The notes beneath the pieces are model-generated. The model ran no database searches. It had not been told where the DNA came from and saw only the letters and a list, made by a program, of their open reading frames with translations. From NCBI RefSeq assembly GCF_000150275.1, contig NW_002060949.1, positions 3,726,449-3,790,448 on the forward strand: a DNA stretch of 64,000 bases, in the 5' to 3' direction. The stretch comes from Trichoplax adhaerens (taxonomy: Eukaryota > Animalia > Placozoa). A program made the position numbers and the translations under genes. Position 1 is the first letter of the stretch. Each line of letters starts with the position of its first letter. Of this stretch, positions 1 to 11,726 are shown piece after piece.

Positions 1-724
1 CCATTTGTACGTCTCTGCAACCAATTTGTTTGTCAACAACGTTAGAACCATTTTTAAGGCTTCATTTCAAGTTTTACTTAAATTATTTGGGACTTTTCAT
101 CCTCAGTAACACTGGACAACTTCGAATCCGTCGATTTTTGCTGCATTTTAGCCAAAGATTATCGCGCTATTTTCTTGGTTATAACTTGAATATTACCAAC
201 TTGCTATTATCATTCCATAGCTAGTACATAATCAAGGATAACAAGACTACTTTTGCAAACTTTACAAAGGCTTTCTTGAAATCATTTTAAGATCAAAATT
301 ACCACTGCTAACTCTCTCAACAAATCTAACTTGGCAAGTTTCTTAATTTAGCCAAAGATTATATAGGAGCGCTTTTTATTGATTATTTTTGAGCATTTTA
401 TATCTTCCTCTATTCTATTTTAGTTTCCTCCAATGCCTAAAATTGACAAGACCAGTACTGTTACTTTGCTTCATGTCTTGGCTATGCGATACTATCAATT
501 TCTGAAAGAATAAGTTTATTGGTTAACCAAGATAGATAAAAGAATCTAGTCAACGATACAACAGCTAAAATAAATTTATTAGGATCGACGTCATTTATCT
601 GTTTCAGAGTAATTGTGCAAATTCATTACAATATTGATAGTTTATAAAGTAATTTGAACCATCTTGGATAAATTAGGATGAAAGAGTAATTTTAAGAGCA
701 GCAGTTAATAGTATTAATAACAAT

Positions 725-3700
725 ATGAGACAAGCTGTTTCTTATCCATTTCTCAACGTAATAATTATAATAATTGTATGGCTAAACAGCGCTAATAATG
801 TTGAAGGAAATATCTTACAACAATGTCGCCGGGAACATATCTTTTCTGATCATAGTTTTCAACGGATCTACAAACCTGGTGATATCACATTAACAGGACT
901 ATTTCCGATTCACGCCGAGCTAATTGCTTATAATACAACTGGTGAAGAGGAAAGAGTGAATTTTTTCAATTTTCACGGTTTTAATTGGGCTTTAGCCATG
1001 GCCTATACTGCAGAATGGGTTAATAACCAAACCGATTTTCTACCCAATATAACGCTCGGATACGATATTCGCGATACCTTTTATAACATTGAGCATGCAG
1101 TCAATCAAGCGATTAATCTAACTCGTTCTATCGTTGTTCAATCTACATGTAGCCGACATGGCAATGAATGCCATTCTAAGCAATCTCCTGCTAGCCAATT
1201 TAATCAACAACAGCAACAAGTATCGCCATTAGTGTCCATTGGTCCATCGTATGCATGGATTGCATCACCAGTAGCCGATATTTTCTCAACTTATGGTATT
1301 CCATTAATCAGTTATGAATCAGCGATTGCAAATGACCAAAATAGCAATCAACTATTCCTCCAAGTACGCCATTCTAATTTTTTACAAGCTAGTGTTATTG
1401 CTAATTTAATTGAAAAATTTCAATGGTCTTATATCACTGTCATCAGTAGTGATGATGAATTTGGCAGGGTTGGACTGCAATCCTTGCAAGAGGAATTAAA
1501 ATCAAGAGATAATATATGCATTGGACGTAATTTCGTTATTCCAGGTGGCGATCAAATTGACTTTACTCAGATAAAAAGAATGATTACAACTATCAAAAAT
1601 GATATCAATATTCAGGTTTGTGTTGTCTATACCAATGTATTTCAAGGTTATGCAGTTTTTGAAGAAGCAACAAGGCAAAAATTAACTCAAACAACCTGGA
1701 TTACTCCTGGTGAATTGGGCCAATCGCCAGGTATCCTTCACCAGAATAAAGATGTTTTGCAAGGGATGTTAACCGTAACCTTGCCAGATAAAAATCCTCC
1801 GATGGATTTTGAATTATTCCTTGCATCGAATGAAAATTCTCTCGGATTGAACACATCGGTCTTGCCGAATTCTTGGCTGCACGAATATCTCCGTAAAGTT
1901 CAACAATGTCGTTCTGAACGCTTTACTATGAATGCTAATCAAAATTGTAACTTAAAATGTTCTTATCGGAAATTTTTCTGCTATGGCATAAATAATATTG
2001 AAGGCTTTGATTACGTTATCAATGCAGTCTTAGCTGTAGCAACTGCTATCGAAGCCATGAAAGATTGTCGCCCTGGCTATGGGCTATTAAATGGCAAACG
2101 ATGCCCCAAACCTCCGCCAAATATCAATCCAAGAGATCTATGGACTTACCTCCGAGCTGTGGAATTTAAGGATCTCTTCGGCTACAACTTTTCATTTAAT
2201 CATCATCCTGATTCTCATTTTCTTATTAAAAATCTACAAATAGATGCTCAAGGTAAGCCAAAATTAGTTCCAGTGGGAGAATGGCTAGCTAATGATCAAA
2301 ATGCCACGTTACAAATGAATTATAGCAAGATTATATGGAGAAATAATGCCCACAAGATACCTGTATCACGTTGTAATAAACCATGCCCACCCGGCTATCA
2401 AATCTTTTATAAGACATCACAGTGCTGCTGGAATTGTATACCTTGTAAAGAGAATCATTATAGTGAAAAAGAAGGTAAGGAAAAGTAAGAAAGGCTAATA
2501 ATTACCGTACTTCTAAGTAGGAATTACGAGTAATAACTAAGCAATTACTTTAAATAAAGTAGTTTTACTTTTCTTCGACAAAGGTATATTTTAATATTAT
2601 ATTCCAGATGTAAACTTTTTGTAACTATCAGGCTCTATATTCGAAGCTACAATCATCATTTAATATGTTTTTAACATGAGTACGCAGCAATTATAAAATT
2701 CATATGACTTGAGGTTGTAGCTTGAATGTAACTTTAATACTCAGTGTCTAGAGTTGAAAACGAGCAGTTATATTGATAGACATGAGTACTGTATAGTAAA
2801 TCTAAAAATTGTCAAACTTATATAACTTTAAGATTGTAGTATTAGTGTATTTTAATATTAAATGTCAAGAATCAAACAGGATGAGTTATAGTAAATGGAA
2901 TAAATTGAGTTATTAAATTCATATAACTTGAAGTTTGCGCTATTAATGAAATTTTAATTCCGGTACTAAATGCCCAGAATTAAACATGATCAGTTATATT
3001 AAATAAGATTAATCGAGTAATTAATTAGGCTTATATCTTTGGTTCTAATCTTCCTTTTCATCTACTCTTTGTAATGGAAAATCTTTTTCTCCTTCCACGA
3101 TCTAGATTCCATTAGCTGTTCTCTATGTAAACAGGGATATCGAATCAACTTAAATAGTACAGGTTGTAATAAATTACCTGTTACTTATATCAGCTTATCC
3201 GATGGTAATACTATCGCCATTATTTTTACATTCTGTAGCTTGTTAGGGTGTTTAGTAACTCTAGCTTTTATATCATTATTTATACGCTATCGCAATAATG
3301 GCACTATTAAAGCAAGTAGTATCGAATTAAGTATTTTACTATTAGTATTTATTATGATTTCATTTAGTTTACCAATTTTATTCTGTTTAAAACCAACTGA
3401 TGCATTATGCCGTGTAAGATCATTTTTATCTTTTAATACATTTACACCTCTATTAGCGTTACTATTAGCTAAAACCCATCGAATTGTACGACTATTCCAT
3501 GCTCGATTATCGACATTAATGGATAGAAAATGTCTAAGCAACGCTTATATTTTACTACAAGGAGCGATAATCAGCGCTGTACCATTAGCTTTATCCATTA
3601 TTACTTTGGCTTTGTATCCATCTAAAGCTGCTTACGTTTACGACGATTATTTAGTCGTTTCTCTAGAATGTCAAGGATCCAAATCTCCTGTTGCTGCTAT

Positions 3701-4196
3701 ATTTCAATATATTATGTATGCCTATTTTGGCATCTTGGCACTTTATTGTGCCTACTTAGCTTATCGACAACGGCGTTTACCTGCACGATTTAATGAGGCT
3801 CGTCAAATTGCATTTCCTATGTGTGCCATTTGTCTGACAAGTGTTGCAACTATCATTACAGACTTTAGTACATCTGGTGAAGCTAAAGTGATTGTCTATT
3901 CCATGGTCATTATTGTTAATTGTGCAGTCATTCTAGTATTCCTATTTGTACCTAAAATTCATTCATTACGCCAAAATATTAATAAGGATAACGTCCATGG
4001 CAATGGACTAGGCAGTCGATTGCGTGATATTATGTCCCTTGGTTTTACCATTGGCTTTATATCCACAAAAAATCGATCATCGACTAACGATGATATCAAT
4101 GTTGCAAATACAATTGCTCCTGAAGGTGAAACTTTTACGACAGATGTAATTCGCGAATCGGAAATTGGGCCAGCTTCTTTAGAAAATGAATCGTAG
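725..4196 (+). CDS. Class C GPCR (Venus flytrap + cysteine-rich domain + 7TM; CaSR/mGluR-like), 2 exons, ~946 aa
   Basis: Exons 725-2474 (GAAG|gtaagg) and 3106-4196 (tctag|AT), phase 1, join the 587-aa and 318-aa ORFs in frame (EKE-D-SISCSLCKQGY). Motifs: signal peptide, GDITLTGLFPIH, LPNITLGYDIRDT, CRD SRCNKPC..CCWNCIPC, 7TM LAKTHRI, LPARFNEARQI, LFVPKI. Confidence 0.93.
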
Positions 4197-6098
4197 TGTC
4201 TCAAAGCTAGTTGAAGTAGATCAGTTATTCATGCATTAATAACGATCGAAATAGAATTTAAGACTATCGATTATTCTCACTATTAGAAGTTAGCAATTTT
4301 TATCAGGATATACGATATTTAGTCAATAATCTTGGTCGACGATTTTATTAGAATAAAAAAATTTTTCTTTATTATTATTAAACTTTCAAAAAATATAATT
4401 TTATTCCAACTTTAATCTCCCAACAGTCAAGAATAGATCGTTTAATTACAAAGCCAACATTGATATCTCAATCTATTTGTATTATTTTGTCTTTGTATTA
4501 TAGCTTAAGAACTAATATAAGATTTCCTATAAATTTCGAAATCAATTCAGACAGTAAATTATATTTAAAAATCTATTTTTGAAAGCTAGAGTATTAATTG
4601 GTAATTGAAATTTGGTTATAAGACTCTCATCTAAGCAAGTTATTTATTGAGGCAAAAGAAATCGACAGTGTAGTATTTTCAATGATACTTTAAAGCATGC
4701 TAGTCGATTGTTTAAAATTCTTTATGCATAAGTCTTGAGCGATTAGAGTAGAGGTAATAATTAGCCGATCTAAAAGGCTTTATTAGCTTAACCAAAGCTT
4801 ACTTTAAAATATTATCGCCTATTTTATCTTGTTTCCCTTCTAAGTCTAGAGATACTGTTGTAGAATAACCGAATAATGTAAAAAAACTAAGCATGGGATA
4901 ATTTTAGATAGTAGCATATTCATGATCCTGGATTTAATCGTCGATTTCATTTATGACATATCTAATTGGTAAGTTTAGCTCACTAAGCTAATAGAGATCT
5001 ATTCTTCGTTTCCGTCCACTACCAAGCTAAATATGCGATATCATTGTCTTGAATTTAAGTGTTTGGCAGATTTTTCCAGCAAGTCTTATTATTTACTTAC
5101 AGCGAAATGCATTTAAATGTCTACAGTACATTATCGATAGTTTCAATTTAAGTACATCGTAATATTTGTATGTGATCGAGTAGATTTTAACATTATAGAA
5201 TGCTCATATGATGAATTGAAATTATAATTTTGAGTTTCATTGCGGACAATATCCTAGATTTTTTATTCAAAGCATAGGAACAAATATTCATGAGCTATAT
5301 TCATTAGTTTTATTCTCAAATTTATACCATGTTAGTTAAGTTATAACTCTAGATATTTGAGGCTACCAATTTAGAAATAGTCCTGATATCATCAAGAGGG
5401 TACTAATAAGCTGTTTCATAGACGAAAAATAATATGAATATATTATTATTTCTCTTAGAATAAATAACCTCTCTGTGATGTTTTGTATACAGTAATAAAC
5501 GTATATTACTTAATGACTATAAATAATGTCGTTTCAAGGAAAAGAAAACTATAGAGTTCATGGGAAAGATCTTACTGTTAGAATTACAAAGGTAACTATT
5601 GTGATGTTATCATAATCAAATTATTATCTCCCTCCTTTTACACCTATTCCATTTTTAATTAGAATTGTATTGATATAAATTCAACTATTTCAAATTGGAA
5701 TGTTTTCACAATGATTATTTGTCTATCAAAGCCTTCCTTTATTGTTCTGTTACAAACTAAATTAATGCGTAGTTTATTAATTAATATCAGCGACGTTACT
5801 GAGTATCTCTCTATATGTATTACGCTAAAATTATCATTTTTGCAAGCATCATCCTTCCAAATAATACGCCTTTGTTGACATACAGTTGCCATCCTGTATT
5901 TATTGACTGTTAAGATGGTAGGAGAACTATTAATATAGAGATATCAGTTGATATTCTGCGCATGAAAGTGGATAATTAATTATTATTTATGCCTTCAGGG
6001 GTACAGGATGAGATAGAGTAGAACAATTTCAACGCTAATTGCTTAATTCAATGTATGTTAGATCGCTATAAAAGTAATTTTGTAAAGCTTTTGTGAAT

Positions 6099-6612
6099 AA
6101 TAAGTTTAAGTGCATTAATGCTCATCGTGTGACAAGATGATTGAATGTTTATCGAATATGCTAAATAATTTTTAATAAAAGTACCATAGGACCGCGACTA
6201 CTAAGGGCGTACGGTACTTTTGATACCATTCTCGGATATCTCGAATAGTTAAATAATTATCTAAATCGTAAATTTTCTATATATAGTCATGTAAATGCCG
6301 TAAAACAATTTCTAGTTCTACAATAGTTTTCTACTAATTAAGTTTACCTATGTCCAATAAGTTTAAGTGTATTAATGCTCATCGTGTGGCAAGATGATTG
6401 AATGTTTATTGAATATGTTAAATAGTTTTAATAAAAATGCCGTTGGATTGAGACTAAGGGCATAAAATACTTTTGGTAACATTCTCAGATATTTCGAATA
6501 GTTAAATACTTATCTCAATAGAAAAAATTCTGTACAGTATACAGTCATATAAGTACCGTAAGAAAATTTCTAGTTCTACAATAGTTTTCTATTACCTAAG
6601 TTCCCATATGCC
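6099..6612. repeat. Diverged direct tandem duplication, ~257-bp unit x2
   Basis: aataagtttaagtg(c/t)attaatgctcatcgtgtg(a/g)caagatgattgaatgttta starts at 6099 and 6356; colinear through tctagttctacaatagttttcta. Confidence 0.9.
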
Positions 6613-7558
6613 TCAGTAAATGGACGAGATCAACATCTTTCAAGCCAAAACTAACTTCGACTGATTAATGATTGATCTTCATGCATCTGACAGTGAGTCC
6701 ATACATTTTTTTCTTCAGGGATTGTTTATGACATATATAAACAAAATATGCGAGATTGATGTTAATATAATATTAACCTACCATACAATAATCAATCAGA
6801 AAATTTTAACTATGATTTAAAATAACAACCGAATTTTCATACTTTATTAAGCTTTTCAATCTACCAATCTCTCAAGTTATCTTAATATGTTTGTAAGAAT
6901 CATTTTTCACTAGACTGCAACTATCAATTGATAATACACCAACATTGCCTTACATTTATCTACCGTTGATAAGAGGAAATACAAGGATAGCAAGTTGAAG
7001 AATAGCCTGTTATTTATAATGTGTTAATTAAGTCGGACACTGATTAATTATAATACCGTGATAGCGTTACAAAAGATAGTGAATAAGGCATAAAAACAAT
7101 ACTTTAGGTCAATAATTCATTTACTTAACAATGCAATATTAATAAGATGTTTATAGCTAGTTCACGGTCATTACGAAGGATGGGATCGATGTTTAGCGAT
7201 AGACATAGTTTAGGCATAGTCAACCAAAATACTTCTTTATTTCAACGGATTAGAATTTCCCCTCTAGACAAACAGTGGATTTTTGTTGATTGAAAAAAAG
7301 TGATAGGCTCTATTTATGAGTCATGTTCTCGTCGTCAATAGAGGAATCTTTTGACACATGGACTACATTGTGGCAATGTTAAAGATGAATTTGATGTAGA
7401 GTATCGATTGCTAAATAACACTCAGAAAATAGTGATACGAATCATTATAAGCAATGAATCATAGATGAAAAAATTGCAGTTAAATTGTTCAGATAGGTAG
7501 AACTCCTTTTACGAATATTAAAGTTTTCTTCCAAGAAATAATTCTTAACAACATCGTT

Positions 7559-10159
7559 ATGTGGAGTAGTAAACGAATTCATAGGCTATCATGGCTCTCA
7601 ACATGTATTATCCTAGTTATTGGGATAGTATCAACTACAAATGCGGCAATTGGTAGAATGGTTAAAGATGGCGATGTTATTATCGGCGGCCTATTTCCTG
7701 TCCATATTGAAAATCAGCTTTCGCATACGTTATGTAATGAAACAACCGAAAAAGGCGCAATATGGGTAAAAGCAATGATGTATGCTATTGATAGTATTAA
7801 TAATAATACAGAGTTATTGCCTACTGTTACATTAGGCTACGATATTCGTGATACATGCCATAATTTACAGCGTGCTATTAAAGCTTCGATGGACTATGTT
7901 GTTGATCCGGATTTAGACATTTCGGTTGCATCGTACTTAAATAGTTCTGATGGCACGCTCGTGATGAGAAATGATTTCGATATTTTTAGTAGTGTCAATA
8001 AAATTAAGCTATCACAAGTCGCTGCTGTTGTCGGTGCATCAAGTTCACATATTTCTATGGCGGTAGTTGATATATTGCGCGTATACTGTTTACCAGTCAT
8101 AAGTTATTCATCCACTAGTCGATTATTGAGTAATAAAATACGTTATAGTTCGTTTTTAAGGACAGTACCATCGGATGTTCAACAAGCTCGGGCTATCGCT
8201 CAATTAATTCGCTACTTTAATTGGACTTATGTGTCGACCATTGCTGTTGATACAGCTTATGGCCGCCAGGGTATACAATTATTTCATGAAGCAGCTGCTG
8301 CCTTAGGCATTTGTACATCACCAGTGAGCGAAATATTTTCAGCGTCTAATCCAAAATCCGAATTACCACGAATTATCCAAAAATTGAAGCAGCAAAGTAA
8401 TGCAACTGTAATCGTTTTTTATAGCGATGAATATAACGCCATGTTATTACTCAATGAAGCTGATAAACAAAATTTAGTTGGACGAACGTGGATTGCAAGC
8501 GAGTCATGGGGTGATTCTAGTTATATTACAAGAATGCCACCGGGTGTTATTGGCGGTATGCTAGGGGTAGTACCTCAAACTACTAGTATGGACTATTTTA
8601 AAAATTATCTTAAACAATTCGCACCGCCTAATCCGATCGCAGATCCGTGGTTTTATCAGTACCTTTACGATCGATATAACACTAAAATTGAATCTAATGG
8701 CGATAAACTAAATCGTAACGAATTGATCAAGTTTGAAGTTGATGATTTACCGATGGGTAAATCACAAAACGTTATCAACGCAGTCTATGCAATTGCACAT
8801 GGATTAGATAAATTATTACGGCATGATGGCAATCAACATTTACAACAACCAATTGATCCAAGTCGATTATTGGCTTTTATTAATAATCAAACATTTATAG
8901 ATCAAGCTAAAAATGTTGTTCAATTTGATGATCATGGTGATCCAGTGCCTAACTTTGTCGTTGTTAATTTACAACCTGATCGTCAGCCATTTGGTCGTAT
9001 GAAATATAAAATTGTTGGTCACTGGCAATTAGTTAATAATAAATCTTCAGAGATGGAATTAGTGATGAAAGATGATGATATTATTTGGAATGGATGGACA
9101 CATAATCTACCGATATCGACTTGTAGCGAACAATGTAGTCCTGGTCAAGAAGTTGTATATTTAACTTGGAAATCAAGTTGTTGTTGGCGATGCCGAAGAT
9201 GTTCAACTGGTTTTATTAGTAATACAACAGATGCAACAAGTTGCCAGAAATGCCAATTAGGTTTTAAAACAAATCTAAATCGAACAAAGTGTTTGCAATT
9301 GCCTATTGAATTCCTTAATTGGAATAATGCCGTTGCCATAACTATCATCACACTTGCTAATGTTGGGATAGCTATTAATTTTTTATTTCTTGGTATTTTA
9401 ATTTGGAATCGAAATCATAAAGTGATTCAAGCTACTAGTAAAGGCTATCTTTTCGTTGTGTGGATTCTGGTTAACGCTGGTTTTTTGCTATGCTACTTAT
9501 ACATTGGTGAACCGACTGATGTTCTTTGCACTATTCAACCCATCTATTTTGGACTCAACTATACCATTGTTTTATTAGTTATTACGTTGAGAGAGATGAC
9601 ATTAATGTTTAAAGGTTATCAAGAAGAAAAAATTGCTAGTACTTACCTTATTCGGTACTTTCAGTCATGGGGATTTCGTTATTTTTTCTCATTTGCAATA
9701 TTATGTGGCCAAGTCACTATCTTAGGCATTTGGATGTTTACGTCCCCTCAAACGTCTGTGAAAAATTATAAACATTCTGATCGCATCTTATCTGGATGTT
9801 CACGTGAATTTGATTCTTCTTTTCCAGCAACCACAAGTATCGTCTACGTTATTATGATATGTTTATTCACCACTTATATCAGTTTTAAAGTACGCCACTT
9901 ACCATATTGTAATTATGAGGGCAAATACATTAACTTTTGCTTACTATGTATTTTATTAGGCTGGATCGCCTTTATACCGTCTTATTTAGCTACTGCGGGT
10001 ATTGGCCACGTTAGTTTAATCTGTTTTTCAGTTATTATTAATTCGAATTGTGTGCAATGGTTTATAATATATCCTTCAGTTTATCAGATTGTTATTAGGC
10101 CTCATTTCGAGACATACCATAGGTCATGGTCTTTTAGTAAATTAAGTCGACGTAATTAA
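7559..10159 (+). CDS. Class C GPCR (CaSR/mGluR/GPRC6A-like), single exon, 866 aa
   Basis: Uninterrupted ORF: signal peptide, GDVIIGGLFPVH, LLPTVTLGYDIRDTC, VVGASSS, ISYSSTS, FLRTVPSD, YGRQG, WIASESW, CRD (STCSEQC..CCWRCRRC), seven hydrophobic helices. Confidence 0.95.
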   Translation: MWSSKRIHRLSWLSTCIILVIGIVSTTNAAIGRMVKDGDVIIGGLFPVHIENQLSHTLCNETTEKGAIWVKAMMYAIDSINNNTELLPTVTLGYDIRDTCHNLQRAIKASMDYVVDPDLDISVASYLNSSDGTLVMRNDFDIFSSVNKIKLSQVAAVVGASSSHISMAVVDILRVYCLPVISYSSTSRLLSNKIRYSSFLRTVPSDVQQARAIAQLIRYFNWTYVSTIAVDTAYGRQGIQLFHEAAAALGICTSPVSEIFSASNPKSELPRIIQKLKQQSNATVIVFYSDEYNAMLLLNEADKQNLVGRTWIASESWGDSSYITRMPPGVIGGMLGVVPQTTSMDYFKNYLKQFAPPNPIADPWFYQYLYDRYNTKIESNGDKLNRNELIKFEVDDLPMGKSQNVINAVYAIAHGLDKLLRHDGNQHLQQPIDPSRLLAFINNQTFIDQAKNVVQFDDHGDPVPNFVVVNLQPDRQPFGRMKYKIVGHWQLVNNKSSEMELVMKDDDIIWNGWTHNLPISTCSEQCSPGQEVVYLTWKSSCCWRCRRCSTGFISNTTDATSCQKCQLGFKTNLNRTKCLQLPIEFLNWNNAVAITIITLANVGIAINFLFLGILIWNRNHKVIQATSKGYLFVVWILVNAGFLLCYLYIGEPTDVLCTIQPIYFGLNYTIVLLVITLREMTLMFKGYQEEKIASTYLIRYFQSWGFRYFFSFAILCGQVTILGIWMFTSPQTSVKNYKHSDRILSGCSREFDSSFPATTSIVYVIMICLFTTYISFKVRHLPYCNYEGKYINFCLLCILLGWIAFIPSYLATAGIGHVSLICFSVIINSNCVQWFIIYPSVYQIVIRPHFETYHRSWSFSKLSRRN

Positions 10160-11726
10160 GATATTCTCATTCAACGTATATTACTAATTTCTTCTGTTTA
10201 TGAACTACCATTTAATATTAATATAGCGCTTATGTCATGTATTTATTCTTAATTTCTTAGTTTGTTTTTTTCAATTGGAAGGGGCTAATGTGTAAAGTAG
10301 ATAGTGTACTGTATATATAAATATTTGTCATGGGTACTGCTGCCAATATTTAAAATGTAGCGGTATATGAAATATGTATAAATGCTGGATATTACATTAC
10401 ATGGGTAAAAGTAATACTTCACGTAATGTAAGTATATTCGAGATGTTAGTTTTTCTAAAGGCAATAACTAATAAGTATGACATTGCTAATTTATTAATAT
10501 ATTATCAATTTAAAGGAGTTTTGCTGGATAATTTTTTAATTTAATTACAATTATATTTAAGTTTATGTAACAAAATACTTGTACATCGGTGAATTATTTA
10601 ATTACATAGCTGTAAATTGATTGCTAGATATGGTTAAAAGAATTAATTTCTGTTGATTTTGCTTATCAATACAGCTAATTTCATTTAAGTTTGACTAGCG
10701 CTTTACGTATAGCCGTAACGGAGATGAAAATAACGTTCTGCTAATCTGTAATAATTTTCAAACTCCGAAAGTGAAATTGTGCGTTTCTTTGTAGGCATAT
10801 AAAAATATACGGTAAAAACTTATGCCCAGTAAATCATATATATAGATTAAAATTATCTTTAATAATAAAATAATAAATATACGAAATCTTGAGTGTTATT
10901 ATTCTAAAATCCTGCGGGTAAAAATGAACATCGTTGAGATCTTCTGCAACTATCAATAGCCCCTTTACGTACGCTTACAGAAAATGTGGAAAGTGGAATT
11001 GGGTGTCATTTTAATTTCTCATATTTATTAATTTTAGCTAGCCATCATTATACTGTCCATTCGAATACTTGATGACATTAAGTTAAACTTAATATTATTT
11101 TAATTTACACATTAGAACAGTATCGTAGTGTCAAGCTTGAATACTTAAGATTAGTCACTGTATATTATTTTCAGGACACTTAAAGTTAATTGATCATGCA
11201 AATCATTATGGTCGTAGACCAAAGATTTATCTTTCTAAGGGTATGCATGCATTGTAGGGTTAGGATCATTGCTATCTTCAAGACAACTTAGACTTTATTT
11301 ACAGTAGAGGTATAAATACTAATAAGAGCTCATTCGCCGCAGTTCGGTTATGGCTACAGAAATTAATAAAATTGACAATAAGCTTATTAGCCTTTGATGG
11401 AGATACACTGTAGCACCGTTGCATTTGTATTCAAATAAAGTACGATATTATATCCAGAAATGATATAAGAAAAATGAGAATCTTGGCTTTCTTTATGATT
11501 TTAGTAATGCGACAAATACAGCATACTCATGGTTCCGCTTATAATCGTTTTATTTATTACAGTATACAGTTACACGTGTGCAAATTTAAGTTTTGAATAA
11601 TGAACAACGATTTCGCATTGAGATGGCATTATTATTTACAACGTGCTATTTTAAAATATATTAATTGAACTTTTAGATCACTTTACACTACATGTAGTGT
11701 TGTGTTAAATCGAAAGAAAGCAAAAT

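Noticed and set aside
100-480. Degenerate ~200-bp duplication (tttagccaaagattat near 147 and 347) and the 64-aa ORF at 30-224
   Set aside because: Similarity too patchy to delimit; the ORF has a non-ATG start and no coding hallmarks.
3287-9351. Antisense ORFs within the GPCR genes (similar ones overlap IRS, DCAF13 and gene E)
   Set aside because: Shadow frames of real coding exons.
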